This document shows positions 26,631 to 40,340 of a stretch of DNA of 64,000 bases, piece by piece. A program made the translations under genes and the position numbers. The stretch's first letter is position 1. Every line of letters starts with the position of its first letter. The DNA comes from Chiloscyllium plagiosum. Lineage: Eukaryota. The notes beneath the pieces were generated by a model, which worked only from the letters and a program-made list of their open reading frames with translations, was not told the DNA's origin and ran no database searches. The stretch covers positions 10,015,989-10,079,988 of the forward strand of contig NC_057755.1 of assembly GCF_004010195.1 (NCBI RefSeq), given 5' to 3'.

Positions 26631-27600
26631 GAGATAACCACCTTGGACGTCCTGCTTTTCAGCCTTCTTCTTAGTTCTCCGAAGTCTCGCTGTAGTATGT
26701 TCCTCCTCTTCTTCCCGACATCATTTGTGCCGACATGTACCACCACCTCTGGCTCTTCACCCTCATCCTTGAGGATTTCCTGCACTTTGTCCGCGATGTC
26801 TTTCACTCTAGCACGAGGAAGGCAACACACCATCCTTAAATCCCGTCTGCTGCGACACAAACCCCGGTCAGTTCCTCTCACGATGGAATCCCCTATTACC
26901 ACGGCTCTGTGCGATGTCCGACTCTTCCGCTCTGCCTCTGCGGCAACTTTTGATTGACAAACTTGGCTGCCTTGCGAACTGGCAGTGTCACAAGTCTCTG
27001 CTTCCAAAAGCTACAACTTGTTCCTGACAGGTACTTCTCCCGGGGTTTCTTGCACCTGTCTCCTCTCCGCCTTCCTCATCATCTGCTCTCTTCTGCTCTC
27101 TTCTGGCATGATTGGTGTAATAACATCGCTGAAGGTCTTGTCCAGAAAGATCTCGTTCTCTCGGATGAGCCGAAGGTCTTCGAGTTCTTTCGTCAGCGCT
27201 GCAATATGCTCGGTTAATTGCTGAATGTGCACACATTTTCCACACATATACGAGCCAGACACACCAGAGTCGTTGACCTCCCACATCAAGCACGTAGCGC
27301 ACTGAACCAGCTGGGCAGTCATGTCTTCACCCTCTTCAACTGTGGTATAATCACTTCACTCAACCTCCTTGTCAAAGATTCCTGTGCTGACGCATCACGC
27401 TTCGATCTAAACTTCCTTAGACCCTCTTTTTGTGGCACGTCTCTTAATTGAGGTTAGAGGAGGTGGGAGGTAGGGAGACCCTACTTTGTAGGACCTGGGG
27501 TTTAGAACACACCCACTCTAATAGTAATCACTTACCTTTCCGACCGGCTTTGCGCTCCATCTGAACTTCCGCCCAGCTCCCGCCGCTCACTGCTGCGAAA
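26631..27600 (-). mobile_element. CR1 LINE 5' UTR + ORF1 (zinc finger, coiled coil, SGNH esterase), truncated
   Basis: ATG at 27322; CATC...CGKC; one in-frame TAG at 27013-27011; then GDSIVRG and HVGTND esterase motifs; ends at the minisatellite. Confidence 0.92.
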
Positions 27601-28374
27601 AGACCGTTGGCGTTGAGGTAAGTTCTTTATATAGATTGATTTGTGAATAGGATAAGCATCGTGATTGTCAGATTGATTCTAAAATGCATTATATCTAACA
27701 GTGAAAATTGGAACTAAGAAATGATTTTTAAAAGTATATTTGAATTTTTACCAGTCATGGATTCGTTTCTGAACATTTGTTCTTTTCCTGGTGTCTGTCT
27801 GTCCAATTTACATAGTTCCAAAACTGTCTGTTTCATTTACAAAGAACAGAAGTTACTGGAAAAGTTCAGCAGGTCTGCAGCATCAATTAGAAGAAACCAG
27901 AATTTTTTTTTTAGGTCAAATAACGCTTCCTCAAAACGATCTGTTTCATTGTTGTTGTTTGTTAATAATTTATTGAGCTGAAGAACAGGTTGCTTTTTGA
28001 TATTTTCACTCACTATGAAATCATGATCTTTTCCTCGATCTTTCCATTCAATTTCAATCATTTCATCTTTGCAATTTGAAACAGTACTCATTCAGTCTGT
28101 GCAAAAGTCATCCAAAGTACAATCCATAGCAAACTGCTTTACTATCAGGAGTGGTGAATTATAGATTCTTCATCCGTTTTGCAGATGATTTACGCGCCAA
28201 TTTTCCATTCCTTCAGTACAATATGGTAATCAGTATGTTAATACAGCATGAAATTCAATCAGCCTTGGATCATAAAGAATTTGACGACGCTTAAAGAAAG
28301 TTGACATTTTCCATTTGCATTAGTCAGGATGATTCACAAGAATTACCAATACAAAGTGAAAATGAAATATCCTG

Positions 28375-28745
28375 ATGACCTGTCCTATCTGCGTATCTTC
28401 CTTTCCACCTATCCACTCCACACTCCTCTCTGACCTATCACCTACATCCCACCCCTATTGACCCACTGTACTCTTTGCTCCCTTCCCCCACTCTCCTCTC
28501 TTACTTATCACCTCCATCCCCACCCCTTTCACCTATTGTTCTCTGTGCTACTTTCTCCCAACTCCTACCCCCTCTCATTCATCTCCCCCCTCTGCATGCA
28601 CCCTGCCTCTATTCCTGTTGAAGGGCTTTTGCCCGAAACGTCGATTTTCCTGCTCCTCGAATGCTGCCTGACCTGCTGTGCTTTTCCAGCACCACTCTAA
28701 TCCAGACTCTGGTTTCCAACATCTGCAGTCATTGTTTTTACCTAC
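28375..28745 (+). mobile_element. Penelope-like 3' end/pLTR
   Basis: ctgttgaagggcttttgcccgaaacgtcgatt...tgctgcctgacctgctg, same family as 16436 and 50861. Confidence 0.75.
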
Positions 28746-29489
28746 GTACTGAAAGGCGAGTGCAATTAGTGTCAACATGGCTTTGATATGTTGATACATT
28801 TTCCATTGTAACGATTCTTCTCATAAGTGTCTACTTGCCAACCAATCAGCAATTTCTCAAAATATAATCGATTTTTTTAACTTCAAATTGTTGTTTCTTG
28901 CTAATTGTACTGATGTGTGCAAAATGGAAATCAAAGATAAAATGTTTTCTATTATATTTATGCACCATTATCATGAATAATTATTTGAATCTATAGATTG
29001 AACAAGTAAATGCAATGGAGGCTATTTACCCTTCTAATAAACCAAGTAAAATATGTTGCAATAATAACATAATAAATATTTCCAATTCTTTGGAGGCTCG
29101 ACTCTACGCAAATGTAAATATTCTGAGCTAGCATTTGCAATGACTAAGATGATTAAATCCATGAACAGATCTGTAATCGCATCCTGAGTTTACCCAGCCA
29201 AACCTACGGAAGTGATAAGTTTTGTCCATATTGACACTCCAGACACTACCTCACTAATGTGGCTCTGTCAGTGTCCACAGCTGGCTACTACATACCATCT
29301 CGCCAACATGTTCTTTTTGTAAACATGTTCATAATGCAGGGGGAGTTCAGCCACTATTTGATGGCACCCTTTGCTCGGGACCAACTCTCTTGCTCCCCGT
29401 AACAATTTGCTAGTTGGTCCCATGAATTTGTCTCTCCAGGTCAAAAAATGTCTGCCATCCCAGGAATCAATGTGGCACATTCTCACTGC

Positions 29490-29945
29490 ACTTTACCAAC
29501 CACTGTTCTACAGAAAGACCTGCAGCAGGAAAATCCTTCCTCAGATAAGGAGATCAAAACTACATACAATATTTCAGGTTTCGCCTCGTCAATACCCTAG
29601 AAAATTGCAGAAAGGCACTGCTACTCCGGTACTCGAATCCTCTCGCTATGAAGGTCAACATATTGTTTGCCTTCACTTAGTATCAATGTTTTCTGCGAGA
29701 GGACACATAGAAATTATTGAATAATCCCCATCCTCATTGTACAGTCATTGATATTATATTCCGTCTTCGATTTCTGCTATTCAGAGTGGTTAATCTTGTG
29801 TTTGTCTGCCATGCATTTGCCCACTCACTCACCCTGTCAAAACCACATTGCAAGATTTGTTCGCCCTCCTCACAGCTCAAACTCCCAGGCAGCTTTGGGT
29901 CGTCTGCATATTTTGACATATTCCATTTCGTTCCCTCATCTAAAG
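29490..29945 (-). mobile_element. CR1 RT fragment
   Basis: MSKYADDPKL...LQCGFDRVSEWANAWQ. Confidence 0.75.
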
Positions 29946-30254
29946 TTACTGAATTATTTTGAACTATTGTCGGTGGAGCTTTGAAGAATTTGAGATGATC
30001 TCAAAGGAACCATAAAATTCAATCGGCTCAGAAGGGTTATTGGCAGGAAGGATGTTTCTGATGTTGGAGCGTGTACGGTTGCAGGTCACTGTCAATATGA
30101 TCCATTTGGTACTCTCTATAATCAATACCTCCTTCCACCCCCTCTCTTCCATATCAGGGATTTACCTCCTTTTTTTGTCTTCTGGATTTTCCTGGGACAT
30201 TTTTGACCCAGGTCTGGTTCCCCTGACTCTGCTTCGGATACTGGTGGCATAGTC

Positions 30255-32480
30255 CATATCTTGCAAATGGCAAGTCCTGGGATAACCTAATCCACTTCTT
30301 CAGGCGTTAATAGTATATAGGCTGCATCCAATTCAGAATCTGGGGTTAGTTTGGCACCAGACGCAGGGATAGAGCACACAGTATCTGACAGGATCTCTGG
30401 CTGTTATGAGGGGACAGGTAGTTTTTTTTTTTCTGCCCCATTTACAAGGAAGCAGCTTTCAGCTGATACATATGTTTGCACAGAACCTTCTCACCGATCT
30501 GAACTTTGCTTGTTACGGACCACATCGCGTCAATATTGCTTGATACATGTACAGGACTATTTCCGAGGATTCAAAACGTAACTTTGTCCCCTGAAGTACA
30601 CTGTGTCTCTCGTTTAGAATGCGGTCGGTACTGGCATTCTACTGCTGGTTCACCCTCAATACCAGGTCCAGAAATTTCAGCATGAACCGTATGCGAATTA
30701 TTTTCCCCATGAGCAACTCGGCTGGAGATATCCTTGTCGTGAAGACGGTCCGATAATCAAACAGGACGCTGGCCAGTTTGGAATGGAATGAAGATGGAGG
30801 CTATTTCTTTAAGATTGCCGTCAATGTTTGGACTGTTTTTTCAACCACATAATTGGACAATGGATGTTATGGAGTTGTCCAAGTATGCTGAAGGCCATTC
30901 GACTTTAGGAAAGACTCTAAATTCCTATTGGTAAGTGATGCTTCTTTGTCCTTGACCAGATGTTGCAAACAATGTTGGTCGTTTTTCAAATCATCAACCC
31001 TGAGTTTGAAAAATTAATTCTATGCATATCCAACCACTTTAAATGTTCATCCAAATCAACAAAGAACATTGAGCCCATATAGGACCGACATAGTTGCCAT
31101 TTAACTGAGTCTCGTGTTTACCTGGCTGTTTGCATGAATGTGGGGGGTGGGGGCGCTGCTATTAGTATTTTTTGTATGTTGGCACTCTGTACACTGCCCG
31201 ACTACTTCAGCAATTGTGACCTCTGATCCTGGCTACCAGACAGAAACCCCTAAATTACCCTGGTGAATTTCAACTAATATCAGGCAGCGACGGTCACTCG
31301 GGACAATCACTCTTCCTCCCTTCAAGAATACCCCGTGCTCTATGGTGATCTTGTCTCACTGGGCCCAGTCCTGGTTCTCACAGTCCTTTTGCTTCCCCCA
31401 TTACCAGCATCTGTTTTAGTCTCGCCAGGCCAGGATCTTTTTGTGTCCACATGCAATTATTGTCAATAGTGAGACACAGCTCAAGACATTCACATTTGCG
31501 TTTATCCTACTGGATGCTGCTTCAAACTTTATTGTCCACACTGAGAATAAGAGACCACCTGTGAATTTGATCAGAAGCTATGGGCATCACATATTTTTTG
31601 TTCTTTTAGGTAACCCAGCAGGGGGTCGTTGTACTTTACTATTATAAAATACGTCCGTGAAGGAATTGGTTGAAAATTTGCACTCCAAAGCTGAGTGCCT
31701 TCTTTTTCTAAGTGTATTTGCATTTGGCATCCACCAAAGTCTGAGAAGCGTTCGATATTGGACATTCATCTTCGCTGGGCCACCAGTGAACCCACATTAC
31801 CCTCATACTCTATAGGCAGACATCGCAAGTCAACACCAAAACTCACTTGGGATCATCGTTGGCCATCACGTTTGATGACGTGGTTATTTCATCGTTTCCC
31901 TAAAGGCTACTTCTTGGCTTTGTGAGCATTTCAAAGGCTGACTATTTTTTTCAGCAGCATGTAAAATAGAGCCGGGATGGAGGTCAGTCATTATATGAAT
32001 TTTCTGTAATAATTCACAATCGCAAAATGAAGGTCTAAGCTTCAGTACAGAGAGGATAGTTTCAATCACTCTCACTTTATTTTCAAATGGATGGTTTCCG
32101 GTCTGGCCAACGCATTAGTGCAAGTACGTTACTTGGATTACCTGGACCACGTATTTGTTCCATCGCACGTGCATCCCAAGTGAGATAAACGTTTAAGCAC
32201 TGAATCGAAATTTTCCAAATGCTCTGTATTGGATTTCTCTGGTTATTAGCACTTCATCCATATTAATAAAAACCGAGGGTAACCTTTGGAGAATGTTCTC
32301 CATCGCCCACTGGAAAACGATGCAGACTGATGATACCCCAAATGACTGTCTTGTGTAGTGGTGCCAACCATTTTTGGTTGTGGTACATGTCTGACATCCC
32401 TCATCCAACCACATTTGCAGATATGCATAACTTATGTCCAGCTTCGCAAAGGACAGCCACACACCACTACCATACCCACT
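30255..32480 (-). mobile_element. Decayed Gypsy pol (RT-RNase H-integrase), second family
   Basis: FAKLDISYAYLQ, YTRQSFGVSS, integrase C-terminal LARVLFDYRT...SPAELLMG. Confidence 0.8.
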
Positions 32481-32890
32481 TGCCTCATCTTCAACCTGGA
32501 CAACGCCAACCACGCAGCCTCGACATTGAATTCAAGAACTTCCAAATCTCCCCTCCCCCATCCCATCCCACATCCAAACCTCCGATTCCTCTCGGCCCTG
32601 TTGAGCTGATCTACATGTCCAGCTTCCTTCCCATCCATCCACTCCATACTTCCCACAGACCTATCTACCAATCACCTCCTACTTTCGCCATGCAAAATAC
32701 CTTTTCTCAAGCCACGTCCACTCCCCCTATTTATTTCTCAGTGCACTTTGCCCTTCACAACCCGAGCAAACGATTATGCCTGAAATGGTCATTTTTTTGC
32801 TCCTCAGATGCTGCCTGACATGCCGTGCTTTCACCAGCATCACTCGTTATTGACCGTGACTTCTCCAGCATCTGCCATCTCACTATCTAG
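32480..32890 (+). mobile_element. Penelope-like 3' end/pLTR, decayed
   Basis: Endonuclease tail plus cagatgctgcctgac...ccagcatctg terminal motif. Confidence 0.6.
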
Positions 32891-34021
32891 AGGACTCGTT
32901 ATTCAATTCTCTGTCATCTGGAGGGAAAATAAGACAAAAGCAAACAGACAGAGATTAGTGAAATCTCAGAGACAGAGCCAGGCAGGGAATAACACGGAGA
33001 GACTAGTTCTTAAGATTTTATCTTCACCATTCCTTATGGACACAACTTTCATGGTAATTTCTCACACTCGCTCGTCTCACCGTTTCAGCCTCACCCCCGG
33101 GGTTACAGGATAATTGTTGTATTCTGTGGGTTTAAACGGATCAGAACTGAGATTGAGGAACAAGCATTGGCCACATTCTCTCTCACATACAGAGACAGAA
33201 ACATTCTTTTTTACATACAGTTTTAATGTACAGTTTCCCATTTGCATTTCGAAAAATGAACAATTTCCACAAAGTATCCTTAATTACAGGATTTGTTTTA
33301 AATAGCAAGATTTTGGAACCCTCGTTCATTTATCAGGAAGCTACAAATTAAAAATCACACACACCAATTCATAGTCTAAAAGCTTTACCTGAAAATAATA
33401 GCTTTAAGAGTGCTACTGCTTCTTCATGTAGTGGTGAAGCAGCAAAATAAGATACAGAACTTTCAGCAACAAATCTCAGTGTCATACAACTAAAACGATA
33501 TATTGAACAAATGTAGACGGCAATTAAGTCTTTAATCAGTTAGGAAAAAATGCAGGCTTTGATTGATTAATATGTAAATCCCTGCCCCAATATAACTTCA
33601 GGTTTTACAAGAATAATGGAAACACCTTAGACTAGCATTTTAGGTGCAAGGCCTTGTTTCAAGTCTGGTTGCATCTCATCAAGACGTCAGACTGGTTTTC
33701 CTTACAAAGAAGGAATTTATAAAATGCCTTTCTTGTGTGACTTATGACTTTGTATGCTCCTGACAAGCGTTTGCAGCTTCACATCCGAACTTCTGTTGTG
33801 AAAGAAATTGGAAAGAATGCATAAATTGTTCCTTCGCAATTTTGCCTCGCTCAGTTTGGAGAGAATTCTTGATCATTCTGTTCAGAAATCCTTTCACAGG
33901 ACTCGAAGATTGCTGTGACATGAAACTGGACCTCCTGTTTTAGAGGAAAGCGCAATACTAATGTGCCACAAGCTCCACCGATGTTTGGGATTCCCTGGAA
34001 AGTGTGGCACTGAGGGGGAAA

Positions 34022-34947
34022 TTACACCTTACAGTTCGGCTGTTTTGCTAATTTAATGCAATTTATGATCCGACTAAAAGGAGACCTCAGCAAACCAAGC
34101 AGCTGCTGCCTGAACATTCTCTGGGTTGCTGTATAAATTACCGTGTTGCTGCAGGAGCTCAGTAACTGAAGCATGACTCCAGCTTCCTGAATTACTGAAA
34201 AGGGTGTATATACCCATTTACGCTTAAATGCACCAGTAAAATTATAAAGTACAAAATAAGCAACTGAAGTAATCCAGAAAAGAATGAAACTACAGGATAT
34301 TGCAAAAATTAAAACTATCGACTTCCTGCGTTTCAGGACCTCTGGATCTTTGTCGTTCTTACTGTAGGTCTGATCCCACAGTCTCCTCCGAGCCTGGTTG
34401 GTAAGTAATATATATCTAGCAGTGAGAACATTCAGTAATATTACCAAGAGAAATGGAAACACTGGAGTAATCAGTTGCTCAAGCCAAGAAAATGCTTTCC
34501 ATCCATTGTTGACATATAGGTATGGTGATACATAGCACCCCCATTGTTTATTTTGAATTGGAAATGATCTATACACAAAGGGCCATGGGATGTTCTTTAA
34601 GCAGAGTAGCACGGTCAAGGTCATGATAACAACACCAGCTGTCTTTCCATTGCAAAACTTTGCTTTTAGATTCCGATAGCAAATAGCTACAAAGCGATCA
34701 AAAGTAAAAGCGACTGTGAACCAGACAGAGCAATCAACACTCGTGGGAGACAGGTAGAGCACAAATTTGCACATCGGAGTGTAGAGCAGGAATGTATGTC
34801 GCCAGTAAATTTCTGCTATACGATACAATATTACGTTCCACAAAATCACCATGAAGTCTGCTGTAGCCATGGCGATCAGATAGCAAATGATACATTTCGA
34901 GAGATTGCACCTTCTCCGTGTCAAGATACCAAGTGTCAGGAGGTTTA
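34022..34947 (-). CDS. GPR139-like orphan class A GPCR, exon 2 (TM1 end to C-terminus)
   Basis: Open frame with YLIAMATAD, CSVWFTVAFTFDRFVAIC, RRKSIVLIFAIS, LQLLSSCSNTVIY; acceptor cacag|TA at 34948/34947. Confidence 0.93.
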
Positions 34948-35859
34948 CTGTGAGGAATGAAAAACAGACTTAAGCCAAAATCACGATTTGACTTTTTAAT
35001 TCATACATGGGATACACGAGTCACTAGCTAGACCAGTATTTATTATGGAATCAGAGAATTCCTATAGCGTGGGAACAGAGCATTCCAACAATCAGGCCAA
35101 CACTGCCCCTCCATGTCCCATCAGACCAAGGACCACATTTGTGTTTCCCATTGTCTCCAATTATCCTGAACATTACTGAAAACTATGGGTTAAAAAAACG
35201 GCTAATCCTGCTAACTTGCTCATCTTTGGACTGAGGGAGGAAACTGGAGTATCTGAAGAAAATCCATGCAGGCACAGGAAGAATGTGCAAACTCCAAACA
35301 AACAGTCATCCAAATTTGGAATCGAATCCAGATACCTGGCATTGTGAAGCAGCAGTGCTAATCAATTTACCACCATGCTTCCATTCACCTCTGATACACC
35401 GTGCCATCCTTGATCATTGGGGCAATCTGCTACCGTTCTCCATCTTTAATTTCCCTGGGGGCAGTTAAGAGTCAATCGCATTGTTGTCGGTTTGCAGACG
35501 TATGTATGAGAGAAAAAGACCACAGAAGATAGAAAAAATAATTCTGCTACTTGTCTTCTTGATTCTGCTCCGCCATTCAAGATTATCATGGCTGATTCAA
35601 CACTCCTCATATCCATTCTTGTGTTATTTCTCCACATTCCTTCATTCCCTAAATGGGTGAAGAATCTAACTATCTCAGCCTTATATATAGGCAAGAATTT
35701 TGTTCTCACAGCTCTCTGTAGCAGTGAGGTCAAATAGGAAATCCCCTAAATTCCTCCTCATCTCAGTGTAAAATTAGTAACCCTTTATTCTGGGACAATG
35801 GCCTCTCATTCTACACCCTATAATGAAGGGGAACAATGCCTTTTCTTCCTCACGTTTCT

Positions 35860-36225
35860 AAGGAAATTCGCATGTCTATAATGACCCTCAAGAACCTTTA
35901 TAGATGCACCAGAGAAAGCATTCTATCGAAGTGCATCACCGTTTGGGACAGTATCTGCTCTGCACAGGACCGTACAAAAATGCAGAGAGTCGCGAATGCA
36001 GCCTAGACTCTCACAGAAGCTGACCTCCAGCCCATTAACTCAATCTGCACTTTTTCATTGGTACAGAAAAGCAGCCAATAGCATCAAGACCCTTCCCACC
36101 CTTGTTGTAATCTCGTTCGACCTCTTATGTCAAGCTGAAATCACAGAAGCTTAAACACAAATACTAACTAGTTCAAAAACAGCTTCTTCCCTGTGGTTAT
36201 TACACTGCTGAATGGACCTCTCAAA
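35860..36225 (+). mobile_element. LINE 3' remnant (L2/Rex-like) in the GPCR intron
   Basis: tatagatgcaccagagaaagcattct...aacagcttcttccctg pattern of LINE C-termini. Confidence 0.45.
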
Positions 36226-38087
36226 CTTCAAATCTAATTTTGTTCATAGAATGGCTTTCGAAATTTAATGCGCACATTGACATCATTCTCTGCTACTTTA
36301 TTTACTACCATGTCATGGCTACCAGGCAATCTCTGGGGACCTGTCACGAAGTAATATCTGGAATTGCTTTGTTGCTGTTGCTTTAATTTGGATGTCATTT
36401 TGTGTGGCCCTTTATCTGATTAAATCTTACTTTTGGTGAGGTATCTGGCAAGTTGACTGCTTCTGTTTCCCACTGACATCTTTTATGTTCGGGCACACAA
36501 CCATAATTCGGCGTCAATCCCACTTCCTTTAATTCATTAACTACACCGCCATGATCTGGTTCCAATTTGCTCCGGAATACCCTGTTCTTAATTATTTATT
36601 TCAAAACTTCTTAATGTGGGGATTGACATACGTCACGTGATGAACGATCAACCATGATTGTACTGGTTGGAATATCAGGTTCCAGGGACTAAATGTCCTT
36701 AAATGGAATCACCAAAGATAGGAACATGAGGTTTTAATCTAAACTTCAAAAACAATAAGAGACATGATAAAACATAAGCTACAGTCAGTATGAGTGAAGA
36801 CAATATTGATGCATACATATCACAGGTCAGTCGTAGAATTACAAAACAAACCTTTCGGCCCATTGAGTCTACTGCAATCGAAAACACCACCTATCTGTTC
36901 AAACGCATTGGATTGCCAACACAAGTGAACATCAAAACACTTATTTAATGTAACAAGGTTTTCAGTCTTTCCCATCCTGACAGGCAGTAAGTTCTGCATT
37001 TCCGCCATCCTCTTGGTGAAAGGGATTTCCCTCCCATATCCTCCCGATCTTCTGACCTTACCTTCAATCTATGCCCCTGTCATTGATCCCTCTATCACGA
37101 GGAAATGCTGCTTCCTGTCTACTCTGTGTCATAATATTTACGTTTCAGTCATGTCCCCTCTGAGTATCCTTAGCGTGAAGGATAACAATCCCAGTCTGTC
37201 CAAACTCTCTTCATAACTGAAGTTTTCCAGCTCAGTCAACACCCTGGAGAATGTGAGATGGAAGCACATGTAACAATCTACACGGGAAAGACCCGGGTAA
37301 GATCACAAGGAGCAGGATGATAATCCAGTGAAAGGCAGTAGTACTGTGTTAACAGCAAAGAGTAATGAGTCAGGACAAACCTGAACACCAAGAATCAATG
37401 CAGGGTAGACAACAGCAAGTATGAAAGTTTGAGGGAAGCGAGTTACGAAGGAGAATATCGAGTGGAATTAAAAAAAAATAAAATGGAGATAGAAATGATG
37501 ATGTTATCAAGGGTCAAACAAGCTGGAGAGAAGTTATCACTGTTGATGAAAGTTAGTGAAGGTGAACATCACGCCAGCAATAAATGAAGAATGAGTGGGA
37601 GTTACCAAGCAGAAAATGAAGAGGGATGGAACACAATGCCAAGGACATCAGGAGAAGAAGTTGAAAAACAATGAGTCGAAGAAAAATCATGGAAAAATGA
37701 GCACCGATGACCAGAGGGACATGAGGAATTCTAACACCACGTATAGCAATAGCAAGAGAAAGGGAGTGAGGAAGAGAGTCAGAAAGAGAGAGAGGGCCGA
37801 ACGAAAAGAGAGAAAGAAAGAGAGAGGCAGAGACAGAGACAGCGTCAGAGACTGGAGAGAGCAACTCAGAGGATGACCTAGATAAGGGAAGAAAAGGAAA
37901 CTGGAAAGAATTGAAGGCCCACAATAAAGGCACACTGGAGTTAACAAAAACTGAAACCGAACAAGAGGTTATGAAAAGCAAAAAAAAAAGCAATTAATTT
38001 CTTATAGTTAACAGTTCAGAAAGATAAAGTATAAATCAGAAGTGGAATGTTGCATTTCAGAAGCCACATAGTCTAGAAATGTCTTAC

Positions 38088-38157
38088 CAGGTACTCCAAC
38101 TGCTGCCAGCGCTGGATAGAATGCAATCTCTATCACATACGCTTCAAAACTGTGCAT
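38088..38157 (-). CDS. GPR139-like GPCR, coding exon 1
   Basis: MHSFEAYVIEIAFYPALAAVGVP+G|gtaaga; the phase-1 join gives ...GVPVNLLTLGIL; 70+926 = 996 nt = 331 aa + stop. Confidence 0.9.
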
Positions 38158-38556
38158 CACCTTTCTGAAAGTCAATTACTCTCCGCTTTCAAGTATTCAA
38201 TCCACCTTAAAACACAGTATGGGAGGTCAGTTCATTACTTATAAAGTGATGACGCCCAGATGATTGCATTCACACTCTGCCTCACTACAGCTCCTTCAAC
38301 AAACGAGGGAATCCCCTTGATATCTTCATTATCCAGTTCACTGCCTAATGGAGTCAAATGTTCAGTTAAGGAAAGCTATTGTTGTTATTGACAGAGGTGG
38401 TAAGTTACCTGTACATTTTCTTCCGAGACGCAGTCACTCGATTCAGATGCCTGCTGCTTTGGTTAATAGTTATGGGAAAGGTTTTGATCTGTTTGATGTA
38501 CTTATTATCACATGAACAGAGATCGAGAGGAAAGTATTATTTTGCATGGCATATGG

Positions 38557-39912
38557 TGTTATGGTCCAGCCCAATACCCTTCAAATATATTAAGACTGTA
38601 GCCTTGACCATAACTACAAACTTATTTTAAATGTAAGTGTCAGCCATTGTGTTCCAGATGCGAATTTGTTGGTCAAGTAACCTGATTTGATGAAAATCAT
38701 ACTTTATTAATACACTACCATTATAATATGATGAAAACAAGAGTTTGAATAAATTAACTCAAATGGAAAACTTAACAGAGCAATAGGGTATTTGTACTGT
38801 ATTGCGTCGCAATAGTCTTACCATACCAGAGGGCTGCTCTCTCATAGGAGAGAAACAGTACTTGGTGATTTAACCTGAGGGCCACAAGACATCAGATAAA
38901 GAAGGAGAGATTTGAAATGGGAGCCATTCATTGCAACTTGAAACCAGCGATGTGATTAGAAACTAAACTGGTGGCATTATGATACTTTGCAAGCCACTAA
39001 CCCAGTCAACTGAGCTAACCCGAGGCTACATGCATCGAATGTTGCACTTTGGTCCTGCCACCTTCTCTTTAATTAATTTCAAAGGCCCTCTCACTTCATG
39101 TCCGAATTTACATCAATGGGAGTAAACTGAGTAGATTAGTTTGGAGTGTCTGTAATTGCAAAAAACACGAATAGGACGCCTTTATCCCAATCATTTGGTT
39201 AATTTTGACAATATGCTCTCAATATGGTCGCCAATGTCGAATGCCACCTTGACAAAGCTCCCTGGGATTCAGGATGATACACACTTGATTTAAAGTGCTG
39301 TGTGCATAAGTATCCATGACTCCCTTAAACAGCCTAGCAGAAAAAAATAGACCCTTCGTCTGATTGAATCTCTCTGGGTAGTGCCTAGATAGTGAGGAAA
39401 GCTATTAACTCTTCTACCAGCTTTTAATACTCGGTCAAGCAATTACCTCTGGAAATCTGATAGACACATACGTTATGCTTAGCAAGTACTGGTTCCCACT
39501 TTTATTTTTAAGAATGTGACATCCACAATCAATCATAACTTGCAAGAAAGGTTCTTCAAATGCGGGAATTGGCAACAAAGGTGATGGCTTTATTACTGCA
39601 TGTGGCATGTATGACGTGTGACAAAACCACTTCATTGTATGTTACAGGCCAATTGAAATGCTTTTGTGCCTAAGCCTGAATCTTCCTTATACCTAGGTGA
39701 CCTCCTACAGTTACTTCATGTGCAACCCATAACACTTCCTGTCTGTATGCTACCAACAACACAATTTGGTGCACTTCTGGTCATTTCTACTCTGCAATCA
39801 ACAGTCGTAATCTCGGTTTTGTGTTTGGGTACTACCTTTAAGGTAATAAGCCTCAGGAATGCTCGCTGACTTTTTTTCTGAGTGTGCATCTCTCTCTCTC
39901 TCTCTCCCTCTC

Positions 39913-39983
<71 letters not shown>

Positions 39984-40340
39984 TTTATTGTCTCGCTGTT
40001 CTGTTGTAAGCCCATGAGCCTTTCAGGAGTAAACACTTCTGCCTGATCATGGTTTTCCTTGCACCATTACATCAAACAGCGTGGCTTCTAACTGAATCTC
40101 AACACCTCCACACCTCCATCTTTCTGTTTAATTTTTGCTTCGTGCTGTGATTTATGATAGTGGAATTTTGTTACTACAGAGTCTGCAATACTTCCTGGTT
40201 ACGTTTCTTTTAACTCATTGTTTCTCTGGTTTTTCTTTGGTTTCTCCACAACAAGAGGCGTCACCCCCACCTTGCCTCCTACTAAACTATTCCCAAGAAA
40301 AAACACACATTCCTGGAACTGACACTCTGTCAATCACTCC
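38557..40340 (-). mobile_element. Gypsy LTR and integrase remnant upstream of the GPCR
   Basis: LTR end tgttatggtc homologous to 10567; PLLPIPAFEEPFLQVMIDC...RFPEVI integrase-like segment. Confidence 0.75.
39889..39981. repeat. (TC)n(TA)n microsatellite
   Basis: Direct reading. Confidence 0.95.

Noticed and set aside
22603..26957. Three 1300-1400-aa RE-rich ORFs
   Set aside because: The 44-bp unit has no stop codon in any + frame, so all three frames are open; this is a by-product of the minisatellite
27837..28320. Minus-strand peptide with a faint PB1-like look (EIEWKDRGKD)
   Set aside because: Interrupted by stops, no splice framework, similarity too weak
37553..37993. Hydrophobic or K/R/E-rich ORFs here and at 9572-9879
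   Set aside because: Purine-rich low-complexity intron of the GPCR genes; frames not conserved between paralogs
34022..38157. Assigning the symbol GPR139
   Set aside because: It looks like a member of the lineage-expanded GPR139-like family; orthology cannot be shown from this window
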